From Phaeosaccion multiseriatum (Eukaryota; Protista; Ochrophyta, other classes), in assembly GCA_965112735.1 (NCBI GenBank), contig OZ218953.1:3224001-3288000 (forward strand): a DNA stretch of 64,000 bases. Reading direction: 5' to 3'. Under the pieces are notes generated by a model. It searched no databases and had not been told where the DNA came from. It was given only the letters and a program-made list of their open reading frames with translations. Shown here piece by piece: positions 1-12,491 of the stretch. How positions within the stretch are numbered: the stretch's first letter is position 1; each line of letters begins with the position of its first letter. The translations under genes and the position numbers were made by a program.

Positions 1-139
1 CCACGGTCACTGGGAGGCTGCCTAGAGGCGGGCTATAGGCCGCCTAGGGCTGAAAAGTGAGCGGCCTAGAGCGGCCGGAGGCCGCCGGCCTAGGCCTATT
101 TCGGCCGAAGGCCGAGCGGCCTAGCTTGCACGGGGCCGA
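1..139. mobile_element. Right end of a TCGGC-family non-autonomous TIR element, truncated by the window start
   Basis: Ends in ...TGCACGGGGCCGA, which matches the CAGGGGCCGA and CAGGGCCGA termini at 30790 and 30318. The body is rich in GGCCTAG motifs like the 45395-46223 element. It is followed by TACTAC (predicted TSD; the left end is not visible). Confidence 0.65.
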
Positions 140-248
140 TACTACTACTTGTAGTAAAACAAAAACCAAAAAAAGCGTCGTACCTGTGAGCAGCGGATTC
201 GATCCTATTAAGTCAATAAGTCATATTTTCTTGTCGTCGTAGGCGGGA

Positions 249-2669
249 ATGAAGCCCCTTTGGAAGACGCAGGACACTCCGCCCCCCTTGATGGGCTTCA
301 TTTCCCCAGCAGCAGGATATGCGGCCGGTGGATATGGCTCTTCTGCTACTTCTTTCACAGGCTCGCGGGGAAGAAGCGTCTCTGCCTCCTCGGCACATCC
401 TCCTGTGGCAAAACAGAACTCCTTCCGCGAGGAGGAGCGATGGCCGACTCATTCGCTCCTTCTTGAATCCAGGGGTGGTACGGGAGGGACATGGCAGGGA
501 CGAGGATCTGGGCGAGGCCAGCGAATAGAGTTGACCAAAGCGATCCAGAGACATGCGAAAATGCGCGACTGGAGAGGGATTGCGAGAGTGATTGGGGAGG
601 CGAAAGCCGCAGGGACTGAGATGGACATAATTTCGTACAACGCTGCCATTTCTGGGGTGGGAAAAGCTGGGCGCTGGAAGGGTGCGCTTGCCCTACTCGC
701 TGAGATGAAGGCAAGTGGTCTCCAACCCGATGTCATCACGTACAGCTCTGCGATTTCTGCTTGTGGCAAGGCAGGAGAGCACGAGAAGGCGCTTGACTTA
801 CTGGATGAGATGCAGAGGAAAGGACTTCAACCGAATGTAATTACGTACAGCTCCGCAATTACTGCTTGTGGCAATGCGGAAGAGCACGAGAAGGCGCTTG
901 CCTTGCTGACGAAGATGCGAAGGGAAGGACTTCAACCCAATGACATCTCGTACAGCTCTGCGATTACTGCTTGTGGCAACGCAGGGGAGTATGAGAAGGC
1001 GCTTGACTTGTTGGAGGAGATGCGCAGCGAAGGTCTTCAACCCAATGTCATCACGTACAACTCTGCGATTACTGCTTGTGGCAATAGAGGCCAGCACGCG
1101 AAGGCCCTTGACTTGCTCAATGAGATGCGGAGGGAAGAGCTTGAACCCAATGTCGTCTCATACAGCTCTACGATTACTGCATGTGGCAATGCAGGGGAGC
1201 ATGAGAAGGCCCTTGGCTTGCTGAAAGAGATGCGGAGGGGAGGCCTTCAACCCGATGTCATCACGTACAACTCTGCGATTTCTGCTTGTGCCAAGGCAGG
1301 GCAGCATGAGAAGGCGCTTGCCTTGCTGAAGGAGATGCGCAGGGAGGGCCTTCTACCCGATGGATTCTCGTACAGCTCTGCTATTTCTGCTTGTGGCAAT
1401 GCAGAAGAGCACGAGGAGGCGCTTGCCTTGCTGAAGGAGATGCGCAGGGAAGGGCTCCAACTCAATGAAGTCTCGTACAACTCTGCGATTACTGCTTGTG
1501 GGAATGCAGGAGAGTACGAGAAGGCGCTCGACTTGCTCGAGGAGATGCGCAGGGAAGGGCTTCACCCCAATGAGATATCGTACAACTCTGCGATTTCTGC
1601 TTGTGGGAAGGCAAGAAAGTACGAGAAGGCGCTGGAATTGCTGGCGGAGATGGGGAGAGAAGGGCTTCAACCTGATGTCATTGCGTACAGCTCTGCGATT
1701 TCTGCTTGTGGGAAGGCAGGAGAGCACGAGAAGGCGCTTGATTTGCTGGAGGGTATGGGCAGGGAAGGGCTTCTACCCAATGAAATCTCGTATAATTCTG
1801 CTATTACTGCGTGTGGCAATGTAGGAGAGTACGGGAAGGCGCTTGACTTGTTGGAGGAGATGCGCAGGGAAGGGCTTCAACCCGATGAAATCTCGTACAA
1901 TGCTGCAATCACTGCTTGTGGCAATGCAGGAGAGCATGGGAAGGCGCTTGACTTGCTGGAGGGCATGCGTAGGGAAGGGCTTCAACCCGATGAAATCTCG
2001 TACAACTCTGCGATAGCTGCTTGTGGGCATGCAAGAGAGCATGAGAAGGCGCTTGTTTTGCTGAAGGAGATGCGCAGGGAAGGGCTTCACCTCGATGAAA
2101 TCTCCTATGACTCTGTGATTACTTCTTGTGGGCATGCAGGCGAGCACGAGAAGGCGCTTGCCTTGCTGAAGGACATGCGGAAGGAAGGGCTTCAACCTGA
2201 TGTCATTACGTACAGCTTTGTGATTTCTGCTTGTGCCAAGGCAGGGCAGCATGAGAATGCGCTTAAGTTGGTGAAGGAGATGCGCGCAGAAGGCATTGAG
2301 CCCGATGATGTGATCTACAGATCCACTATCGATATCCTGTCCGTGCACGAGCAATGGAGCTTGGCCGACGGCGTGTACGCAGAGGCCATCGCACACAGTG
2401 TAATGTCGCATTGGGAGAAGGGCGAGAAAGGGAAAGTCATGGACTTGCACGAGCACTCGGTGTGGACCGCCAAGGCCGCCCTTCGCTACGCTCTCCACGT
2501 GGAGAAGGCGAAAGGCAGGATCACTGTCATCACCGGGCGAGGCCGTGGTAGCGTGGGCGGTATCAGCGTGCTGAAGCCTGCGGTGCTGGCGTACCTCAAC
2601 GAAGAGCTCGGACTCCCCGCCTCAGGGCAAGGCAGCAACGAGGGCCGTGTGACTTTCAAGGCAGGATAG
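249..2669 (+). CDS. Intronless pentatricopeptide-repeat protein with C-terminal Smr (small MutS-related) domain (PPR-SMR), 806 aa
   Basis: 16 canonical 35-aa repeats (VITYNSAISACGKAGEHEKALDLLEEMRREGLQPD consensus) plus degenerate flanking repeats. The C-terminus MDLHEHSVWTAKAAL...ITVITGRGRGS...LKPAV...NEGRV is typical of Smr. The N-terminus is Ser/Arg-rich. Confidence 0.95.
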   Translation: MKPLWKTQDTPPPLMGFISPAAGYAAGGYGSSATSFTGSRGRSVSASSAHPPVAKQNSFREEERWPTHSLLLESRGGTGGTWQGRGSGRGQRIELTKAIQRHAKMRDWRGIARVIGEAKAAGTEMDIISYNAAISGVGKAGRWKGALALLAEMKASGLQPDVITYSSAISACGKAGEHEKALDLLDEMQRKGLQPNVITYSSAITACGNAEEHEKALALLTKMRREGLQPNDISYSSAITACGNAGEYEKALDLLEEMRSEGLQPNVITYNSAITACGNRGQHAKALDLLNEMRREELEPNVVSYSSTITACGNAGEHEKALGLLKEMRRGGLQPDVITYNSAISACAKAGQHEKALALLKEMRREGLLPDGFSYSSAISACGNAEEHEEALALLKEMRREGLQLNEVSYNSAITACGNAGEYEKALDLLEEMRREGLHPNEISYNSAISACGKARKYEKALELLAEMGREGLQPDVIAYSSAISACGKAGEHEKALDLLEGMGREGLLPNEISYNSAITACGNVGEYGKALDLLEEMRREGLQPDEISYNAAITACGNAGEHGKALDLLEGMRREGLQPDEISYNSAIAACGHAREHEKALVLLKEMRREGLHLDEISYDSVITSCGHAGEHEKALALLKDMRKEGLQPDVITYSFVISACAKAGQHENALKLVKEMRAEGIEPDDVIYRSTIDILSVHEQWSLADGVYAEAIAHSVMSHWEKGEKGKVMDLHEHSVWTAKAALRYALHVEKAKGRITVITGRGRGSVGGISVLKPAVLAYLNEELGLPASGQGSNEGRVTFKAG

Positions 2670-3554
2670 GTGTCTATCGGTAGAGACGACTGAGGGCACA
2701 GACACATCAATACCCTAAGCTGTGAGAATCAAGGGGGAATAGTGTTTGGGAGTCCGGAACCATATATTTGTCAGCCAAGTAACGTACGATGCTTTTTGCC
2801 CAAGAGGCATCGCAGCAGACCAGTGGACTAGGCACACGTCATCTCCACTTCAATTCTGATGATTCTTTGTGCACAGAAGATGGCAAGGCAGCCGAAGGAC
2901 TGTAGGTGGTGGTCCAGCGAATTGGGTCCACTGCCACGACCCCAGGTGCTGCTGCTGCTGCTGCTGCTAGGGGCTCGATTCCATGACTGCACTACTCGCA
3001 GCTCTGCAAAGCAACCCTTCACGTTCGTTTCCGCATCCCGGAGCTCGCTTGCCCCCACTTTCTGCACGTAACGAGTCTTTTAAGTGGCGAGATGTCCTGC
3101 GCCGTGATCAAGACCAAACCCCTTTGGCTGCCATCTTTCCATCTCCGTTGCCACCTTTGAGAAGTAGGCTGCTGCTGGTCCTCCTCAAGACCAACCAACC
3201 GAGAGAAGAAGTGTGCGGCACAGCTCGCTCGGAGCAATGATGCCTGGCGCCCAGTCGCCAGTTGTCGGTCCGACTTGGACAAGCAGAAGCCTCGGCTTGA
3301 TCGGTCAATCGATCGCTCATGGCACTCTAGCTCTCTCCTCCTCGATGAAGCACGACGCTTTGGAAGTGAGTCTCTTTGCGCAACAAACTGAAACTGTCGC
3401 CTCGCTGCCGGTGGGAGTGACACCCCGCTCCAAGGTTGCGAGCAGCTGCAAGGGAGATGGGTGCTTGATGCCGCTTGCTTGCATCGCAAACACACACAAT
3501 TCACCGCCCGAGGGAAATTCCAATCTCATGTCCTCTCTGCCTGTGCAAAGTCTC

Positions 3555-4347
3555 TCATCCGCGCCATGTGTATACCGACAGAGTGGGGCTCGTGTCTGCG
3601 ATGACGATAGAAGGGAAGGCGTTGCTACCTCCCGCTGGCGGAGAGGGTGTAGACGGTGCAGCCCTTTCTCCGCCCTCGCCTTGACCTCCTCCTCCTCCTC
3701 CTCCGCCGCCGCCGCCGCCGCCGCCGCGAGTGCAACAGCAGCAGTTGGGCTTGTAATGCAAGCGCACAGAGGCCACTGGAGAGATTACCCCCCCTGACGG
3801 GTCGAGGATAGAAGTGGATGATGCAGTTTTCGAGCTGCTTCCCCCTTTTCCTTTACCTTTGCCCTTGCCTTTCCCCTTGCCTTTCCCCTTGCCCTTCTTC
3901 CGCCCCTTCCCCCCTCCTCCCGACGCCACACGTGGTGGTGGTGTTGGGGGCACTGCGGCCTCTTCCGCAAAGGCCTCCTCCTCCTCCTTCTCCTCCTCCT
4001 CGCCCCTGCCGTCTGCCAACGCAGCATCATCCACATGACATGTTTCTCCTTCCTCGCCCCCCACTGCTGCCGCGGCGCTCCACAGACACAGCTGAAAGTC
4101 GTTCCCCGCGGAGACGAGAAGGGGGGCACAAGAGGTATGAAGGGTGTCGCAAGATACTCCGACGGCGGTGGTAGCAGCGGCAGTCCCAACGGTAGCGTCT
4201 GGCAGGAAGCTCACACACGCGACGGGGGCAGAGTGACCCAAACCCCTGTCCGTGCACAACAACGTGGCACAAAACAAAGCAAGATGTTCCAACCAATTCG
4301 TTTGAGTGTGTGTGGATATGTCTCTTTGAGAGTGTGTGGGGGGGGGC

Positions 4348-4395
<48 letters not shown>

Positions 4396-4400
4396 TGTGG

Positions 4401-4431
<31 letters not shown>

Positions 4432-6182
4432 GGTGTGGGTGTGTGGGTGTGTGTGTGTGTGTGTGTGCAAGGACTGACAAGTGAAAATTGCCAACAAAAT
4501 GCCTGTACCAATGCCAAACGCGCCGCCCCCCACGCCCAACCGCACCTCGTGGTGAAGCTCCGCTGCCTACAGTCGAAGAGAGCCAGAGATCCATCCCCCA
4601 GGCCCGCCGCCAGCAACCGCCCGTCCGTTGAGTAGCTCAGGGAGTGCACGAAGGGCGGGTTCAGCACCTGAGCGGAACTGTAGGAGCTCGATGTTGCCTT
4701 GTCCCCTGTGGGACGTTAAGGGAGACACGTGAGACACAGTGAGTGAGCAAGTATATGCAGGCAGGTAGGCTGGAAATGGGTAGGCACTTTCAGAGCGAAA
4801 GGGGCAGGCTAGATAAGGCGCGGTGTGTGTGTGCATGTGCGTATGTGGAGGAGAGGAGGGGCAATGTGTGTAGGTGTTCACTCGTCCGTAGCCGTGCGAG
4901 GACAAGGGAGGGTGGGAGGCCGACGCAACTGGGCAAGAAGTACGGAGACTTCTTACTGACTGACTGACTGACTGACCTGCGGCGGCGGGTAAATCCTGCT
5001 GCAAATTGTACTTCCTGAGGATCTTGCCCGAGCTGAAGTCCCACCATGCCAGGGAGCTGTCCAGTCCTCCAGAGGTCATTTCCCTGATTCGAGGCACAGC
5101 AAGCAGTGCGGGGGGCAATCCTTAGAACACACCCTCCCCACCCTACTCCTTGCCTCATGGCCATAACACACCAGGAGGCTGACGGCCTGAAGGCCACGCT
5201 GCTGGCGATGTTGTCGTGCCCCCTGCTAAGGACTCTGTGTCTGGCCTTGGTGCAGAGGTTGTGCACGTAGGCTGTTCCCGAGTCGTCAACCGCTGCCAAA
5301 TACCCTCTGATGATGGGGGAAGGGGGGAAGCGCCGGAGGGGTGGGGGGGGGGGGGCGACCGGTCGGATTAGGAGGTCCCACAGAGAGAGAGAGAGAGTGG
5401 GAGAGAGAAACCCACCGAGAGGGAGACGGAGAGAGATAGAGAAGTAACGAGGACGCCTATACGAAAGACAGGGCCATCCGCGGGGGCCCACATACCCAAT
5501 CCTCCTTCTCAGCTCACCCCTTGTGGTGGATTGCGATGGCGTTGATCTCGTCCTCTGTGCTCAGCCACTCCTCCTCCACGCTCCGTATCATGACTGCTCT
5601 GAGGAGGGTGAGAGCGAGGCATGGGGCAGGGTTTCATCAAACCAACGGCCACAAGTGCTCAGGTGGGGCAGGATGGAGCTTGGTATATCCCCACCCTCTC
5701 CTCTCTGCTCAAACACCTGTTTCAGCCACTCACCCCTCTGTCCGTAAGTCGAAGCTCCGCACACTGTTGCCAGCTGCCACGAACAAGGAGTGCTCCGAGC
5801 AGGGATGAAAGGCCAAGCTGGTCACGGGTTCCCCTTCAAAGCAGCTCCAGATGCACTGCACTGCTCTTTGCGGGGCTCTCAGATCCCACACCCTCACCGT
5901 ACTGTCCTCCCCTCCCGAAGCCACGGTGTGCTCTCCAAAGGGACTACTGCAACAGGTGTATACTTCCTTCGTATGGCCCTTCAGGCTGCCAGTTAGCGAA
6001 AGCAGAGGGGGGGAGCTGGCATCTTCTATTGGTGTGCTCTCTTCTCCCTCTTCTTTTGGTGTGCTCTCTGCTCCCTCAAGCTGTGCCGTTGGCAGTGGGG
6101 GGCTGCCAGAAGCTTCATCTGCACTACCTTCTCCCTCTCTGGCGCCCACGCTGCTGTCTCCTCCATCAGCGTGGCCTTCCAT
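3555..6182 (-). CDS. WD40-repeat protein, WDR53-like (multi-exon)
   Basis: Spliced WD motifs: LKGHTKEVY..VASGGEDSTVRVWDLR; EDEINAIAIHH|GYLAAVDDSG; GHDNIASSVAFRP; TSGGLDSSLAWWDFS; LNPPFVHSL..LAAGLGDG; GHSAPVACVSF; VSAGNDFQLCLW. Stop at 3555; the start codon is approximate. Confidence 0.8.
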
Positions 6183-6418
6183 GAAGCAGATGGGGGGGAG
6201 GGGGGGAGGGGGCCGCGATGATTTCATGACATTTGTGAGGCAAGAGTTGGTTCTCTGATACATATTTATTCAAATCTTCCCGATCTCCCGAAACAAAAAC
6301 CCGCCCCCCTCTTTTTCTTCATCTTCCCACCGCTACACTCCTTCCCTCCGTTTGCCCCACCAAACTCGTCCCTCTCCTTTGCGTCTGCTTTACCTTCGCG
6401 AGAGTGGTGAGATCGGGG

Positions 6419-7658
6419 ATGGGATTCACATATCATGCAGGGAAAAAGGCTGTGCAAGAGGCGGAAGGCGTAGTTGAGGAGGCTGCGGATATCCTCCACA
6501 AGGGGTGGATAGGGCAGCACATCAGCGCGAGTGGAGAGGCTCTGATGAAGAGCCAGCAAGAGGTGCGTGCCCTCTGAAGTTGGTGCTGCGCATCTCTTTT
6601 CTTTCCCTTATTTTTGTTGACACACCAGCAGAGAGAAATTGTTTGGTTAAAACATGTTGCGAGAAGGAGGAGAGGGGTCAGGGGAAGAGGGGAGAAGGAT
6701 GAGGTTCTTCTTCAGCTCTTGCGTTAACCCCCTCACGCACTCTGTCCCTCCATCTCCCTCTCCCACTCCCTCTCTTTCTCACACACTCGCTCACCCGTCC
6801 CCTCCCTCCCTCCCTGCCTCCCTGCCTCCCTCCTAAGGTTTTCGTAACCTCAGTCCACCCGGATACTGGCGATATATGGGTCTCCGCTCTCTACGGAAGA
6901 AAGGGATTCATCCAGTACCTTCCGCCTGCTGAGGGAAGCAGCGATAAGGTCCTTCTGGTGGTGGACGTCAATCGCACCAACGTCGCTGCTGACAGCAGCG
7001 CTGCTGGCAGCAGCAACAGCAGCGAGGGGATGAGCTGGAGAGGCGACCCTTTTCTCGACGGCGTCAGGCTTCCGGGCTCCGCCGTAGGTATGCTTCTCAT
7101 GGACCACGCGCTCATAAAGAGGTACCGCATCGACGGCCGCACCGTTACCCCCTTGGCGGCCGAACAACAGCAAATGAGAGTGAGCGTGACGTGCGCCATG
7201 GGCAACTGTCCCAAGTACGTGCAGAAGAAGGGTTTGGTGTCGGATGAAGGCCCTCGGCAGCCCAACGACGTTGTCTCTGTGAGTCGTTCGGAGCAGCTCA
7301 CATCCTTCCAGCGGGAGTGGATCACCTCGTCGGACTTCTTCATCCTGGGCACTGCTGCTCCTGGAAAAGATGGAGATAGCTACGGCGCCGATGCCAGCAA
7401 CAGAGGAGGCCACCCGGGTTTCGTGCAGGTGTGTGCGTGGCTGGGGGGTTGTGGGTGTTGGTGGAAGTAGTAGTATAGACTAAACGAAGCAACCAAGACA
7501 ATGGGCGGTGGTGGTGGGGTGACGTTGATCTCTTTTTACTTTGGAAGCCTCCATCTACGAGTTGCAAGCGTGAAGCACCAGTCTGCCTCCACATCCGTCC
7601 GGCTCCGGCCGCATCTGACTCGGTCCATCTCCACACACCCCTTTGACTTGCTGGTGGG

Positions 7659-7704
<46 letters not shown>

Positions 7705-9437
7705 CATACCTGATCGCCGGCACACACCAGGTGTCGAATCCGAAGACCATCATCTTCCCAGACTTCAGGGGTAACAACATCTACCTCTCCCTCGGCAACA
7801 TCCACGCCTACCCAAGGTGTGGGCTTCTCCTTATCAATCGCTCCAATGGCGACATGCTCCAGATCACGGGGCGGGCCGAGATACAGAGGGGAGACAATGC
7901 CGGGGGAAACGGGACCAAGTCTGTGAAGGTGGAGATTACCGAGGTGCGTCAAGTGACGGCAGCCTCGCCCCTCAGGATGAAGCACGTTGCCTTTAGTGAG
8001 TTCAACCCTCCCAACCCTCCCACGGCGCCGGTGGTGCCGGGGGGTCAGCATGGCGTCAGCAGAGTCAACGGCGATACTCCCAGTGGTCGCTCAAGTAGCA
8101 GGATCGCTGTGTCAGTGCTCCAAGTGGCGAGCATCACGCCTGCCAGCGAGGGTGTCAAGCATTTCCGATTCTCTCCAGTGGTACTGGACGGGTCGACTTC
8201 TGTACCGAAGCTCGCTTTCCTACCGGGTCAGTACGCTACCTTCGGCTTCGATCCCGCGCTGGCGGCGAGTAGTAGTCGTAGTGCTGCAGGAGGGGGAGCG
8301 GGACAGACTACTGACGAGCAGGCCTTGGCCGCGCCACCGAATCTTCGGGAGGGAGTGACGCGGAGCTGGACCATCACTGGCGGCCATCATCATGGCAGGG
8401 GGGAGCTTGAGATCACAGTGAAGAGAAAGAGGGGCGGCTTCGTGTCTGCGTGGATGCACGACAGCCTCCGTGAAGGTGACAAGGTTGCGTTCCGAGGGGT
8501 GGGAGGGGACTTTGTGCTGCCCCTCGACCTCGACCACCGCGACGAAAAAGAACAACGAGGAGGAAGGGGGAGAGAGACGAAGCAGCAGCAGCAGCAGCAG
8601 CAGCAGGAAGAGGAGGGGAGGGGAGAGTTTCTCGTGACCGCCCAGCACCACAGCCCGAAATACCTCTTTCTCTCCGCAGGGATTGGAGTGACGCCCATGG
8701 CCGCCCACGTGAGAAGGCTGAAGGCGAGGGCGGAGGTTGCAGGGGGCTGCACTACAGGAAGCGCGACGACGAGGAGCGTCGGCTGCGCCGGCTGCGACGA
8801 GACGAGGACCTCGTCAACAGAAGACGACGACGACTCGGAGGCTAGGTGCGAGAGGAGGAGGGAGAGGGGTCCGGGGCAGCAGCAGACTGGCCGTGATGAT
8901 CGTGTTGAGCAGCGACGAGGGGGAGGGCAGCGGTGGTCGTTTCCGAGCACGGTCATGCTTCACGCGTCCAAGACGGAGGGCGAGGTACCCTTTTTGACGG
9001 AGCTGCAGGAGCTCCACGACCGAGAGCCCGACTTTTACCTGCACGTCACCCTGACCCAACAGCAGCAGCAGCCTGACCAGCGGGGCGAGGAGACTGCGGG
9101 CCCGGCTTCGGCGACAGACCCTGACGTGGAGAGGGGTGGTGACACCACTGTCGCTCTGCCGCGGGCTGTAGTAGGCGGAGAGCGACAAGAGGCTGAGGCC
9201 TCAGCAACAGCAGCAGGAGAAGGAGGAGGAGGACGACGACGAGGAGGAGGAGGAGGAGGAGGAGGAAGGGGGTCCGGCAGAATCACCGCCGAGCTGCTGG
9301 GGCGGCTGGTGCCCGACGCTGCGGAGCGCCTAGTCTATCTGTGCGGGCCGGAGGGCTTCCAGCTGGCCATCGAACAGATTCTCAGGCGAGCAGGTGTTCC
9401 GGCTGCGAGCATACACACAGAGCACTTTTATTTTTGA
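6419..9437 (+). CDS. Pyridoxamine 5'-phosphate oxidase-like FMN-binding domains fused to an FAD/NAD-binding (FNR-like) oxidoreductase; exons ~6419-6562, 6838-7428, 7731-9437
   Basis: MGFTYHAGKKAVQE N-terminus; GNCPKYVQK; DASNRGGHPGFV|..FPDFRGNNIYLSLGNI; FLPGQY, RSWT, VKRKRGGFVSAWMH, FLSAGIGVTP, VYLCGPEGF, IHTEHFYF. GT-AG introns keep the frame. Confidence 0.88.
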
Positions 9438-9464
9438 TTTACATCGTATGTACAGACAGTTGTA

Positions 9465-9606
9465 TCGACCCCTGACACGCACTATCGCCCACATTCTCGA
9501 TAGCGAGCTATCGGCCGCGGCCACCGGCCGATAGCGGATAGCGGATCGGCTGGCGGATAGCACGTCGGCTGGCGCCGGCGATAGCGGATCGTGCGTCAGG
9601 GGTCGA
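9465..9606. mobile_element. 142-bp MITE, TCGAC-type termini, 7-bp TSD AGTTGTA
   Basis: TIRs TCGACCCCTGAC...GTCAGGGGTCGA. AGTTGTA occurs at 9458-9464 and 9607-9613. Internal GATAGCGG repeats. Starts 28 bp after the oxidoreductase stop codon. Confidence 0.85.
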
Positions 9607-9867
9607 AGTTGTACAGTAGCCATTTTTACTATTAGGCAGTGGAGATGGCACTAGAAGGTTCCCGCAACCCCGCTCACAAAAGAGACGAACACATCCTCTT
9701 TAGTAGAGCGAGGAGAATCTCGTGAAGGCTGCGATACTGCATATCATTAGGAGGTACCCGGCTCTATACTCTGATTCGTAAGCAGCTCTCTCCCCTACCC
9801 CTCTCGCACCCTTTCTTCGTACGTATCAGTAGCCCAGAATTGTCAACGGTTAGTTAGGAGGGAAAAG

Positions 9868-12447
9868 ATGGAGAGTCCACCCAAGCGGAGGCTGGTGGCC
9901 GGCATGAGGAGGTTGCAAGTAGACTCGATGCAGCCGGGAGCACATCGCACGCGACCAGGACTCCTGTGCGGCAAGCGGGGAGCGGCGAAGTCCTCTGCGG
10001 AGCGCCCCTCCAACTCCTCCAACTTTTTTGGGAGCACCGGATTTTACTACAGTCCGGAGCCATCCCCCTCCTCTTCTCCGACCGCGGACCCTTCTCTGGG
10101 GTGTGGCTTCTCTTTGAGAGGGGAGTTCACCAGCGGCTACGAGGGAGACGGCCTCCTTGTTCTCTCCCTCGTGGCTGGCTTTTGGTCCTCTAGAGAACTG
10201 TGGGGGATTTGCCACGCGTTGGGTAAGAAAGTGCATCATCATAGCTATCACCATACAACAGGCAGCAGGAACTTGTACCAATGGTGTTCCTTCCCTCCCT
10301 CCCCCTTCCCCTCTTCGCTGCTGCCCTGCCTTCACTAGACAAAGTCACCCCGAGAAGAGTGGTGGTGCACTCTGTCATGGACGAGGCCGTTCGACTCCGC
10401 TTAATGATGCTGATGCAGCCGGGGGGCGCAGAGCTCAAGGCATTCTTCGGCCCCTTCTGGAGAGAGCGGCTGTACGAGCAGCAGCCGCCGCCGCCGCCGC
10501 TGGAAGACAGGACCAGAGCTGCGAGACATGCAGCCTCCACCAAGTGCAATGCGGGGGGCGTTCCTGTGAGCAGGAGAGGGTTCCCCATCCCCCACGTTCG
10601 CCTGGGAACGAAGGTGTGCAAGGAGATTGGCCGCAGCCTGGGGTACAAGAAGCTCGTGGAGGTGGAGAACCGAGTGGTGCAGGCTGCGGTACGCTTCCTA
10701 CCCCCGGGCCTCAAGCATCTCCAGTTTGGGGACTACTACTGCAGGTACGAGGGAGGCGAGTTTTCCAGGTGCGCATCGTATGTATATATATATATGCATA
10801 CATAAAGTGGATGGGTGGCGCTGTGGTGTACTCGGGTAGGACCTTTTATCAGCATACGCCAAATCTTCCACTCTCTACTGCCATCTAGTGCCATCTGCTA
10901 CGTAGCCTGCCTGCTATCGCATGGTATCCGGCCCGTCGTACTAAGCTCTTTCGCTTGCACGTGGTGTGTTTGCTTACCCTCAGGGAGGTGGAGGGGGGCC
11001 TGCCGGAGGGCCTGGAGTCCATTCAGTACGGCCGATTCTTCAACGCTGCCGTCGTACTGCCTGCCAGCACCAAGAAGGTATGGTCAATCAATCTCTCCAT
11101 CTCTCTCTCTCGCTCGCTCGCTCGCTCGCTCTATGGGGACCAGACGCAGCATGCGACCAGTGGGATGGTAATGCTTATGTGGAGACCGAGCGAGGGGGGG
11201 CGGGGTTGTTGAAACGGGGAGGCTGCGTGGGATTGAAGCGTGGGGTGGAAGACAGAATGGATGTAGGGACGGATTATTGTCCAGGGTGTAATTGAAGCGA
11301 CGCAGCGACGGGTTACTGTCCAAGGTGAAGACGGCACGCCTCCATGTGGCGTTGCCTTCTCCCCTCCCTCCCCTCCCCACACACCCTGTACACCTGACGC
11401 CCTATTCCCTCCCCCATCTTTCTCTCTTCCTCCCTTTACCCTCTCTTTCTCTCTCCCTCCTCTACCCTCCCCCCCTCTCTCTCTCCTCTACCCTCCCCCC
11501 CTCTCTCTCTCTCCTCTACCCTCCCCCCCTCTCTCTCTCCTCTGCTCTCTCCCTCTCTCTCCCTCCTCTACCCTCCCCCTCTCTCTCCCTCCCTGCAGGT
11601 TACCTTTTCGGTCCTGTTTAATAAGCCTCTTGTCCTCCCCGAGGCCGTGGAGATGTGCGAAGTGGGCGTGTCTTTCAATCATCCCCTCAAGCTGCCCTCC
11701 TCCCTGCGGCGCCTGGATCTAGGATATAAGTTCAACCACCCATTGGTCCTTCCGGAAGGTCTACGAAAGGTTGGTCTCCTCTCGCATATAATACCGTGGA
11801 TACACAACTTTCTCTCTCACACACACAAATATACACAAAAAGGCACACACTACGCTCTCGCATACACACATACACGCGCTGCTAGCTGTCTCCTAACTCC
11901 TGCTGCTGAACTCGATTCCTCTCGCGGGGGGAGGAGAAAGCCCGCTTGCAGTACAGTACAGCACGCCAATGGGCCTTGCCCACCGCCCCTCTGACCTTTT
12001 CCTCATCGTTGTAGTGCAGCACAGCGTGAGTCAACTCAACGCACCGCCTCACCTCTCTCATCTCTCATCTCGCCCCTCTCTCACAGATCACATTTGGCAA
12101 CGAGTTTAATCAACACGTGGAGCTACCCTCCACCTTGGTGAGGGCTTACTTTGGCCACGCTTTCAATCAGCTACTCGAGCTGCCATCCAAGTTGGAGAAG
12201 GTGAGTGATGAGGGCAGGGCGACAAGGAGGAAGGGCTCCCTCCCTCTCTCTTTGGACAAGGAGGGGGGGGGGGCTTTCTCTCTCTCTCTCCTTCGTGTCT
12301 GATGAGGGCACTCGGGGTCGACAGACAAGGGGGGAGGGCGCCACGCACGGAGGCATAACGAAGAGAGAGAGAAAGGGCCCTCGCGGCCATGCGCTGTAAC
12401 TGTAGCTCTGTGGCTGAGCGGGGATGGACTTGCCATGCCATGCACGA

Positions 12448-12491
<44 letters not shown>

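Noticed and set aside
4027-4635. His/Thr- or Cys/Val-rich ORFs here and at 29040-29328 and 44477-44966
   Set aside because: Translations of intronic (CA)n/(GT)n microsatellites.
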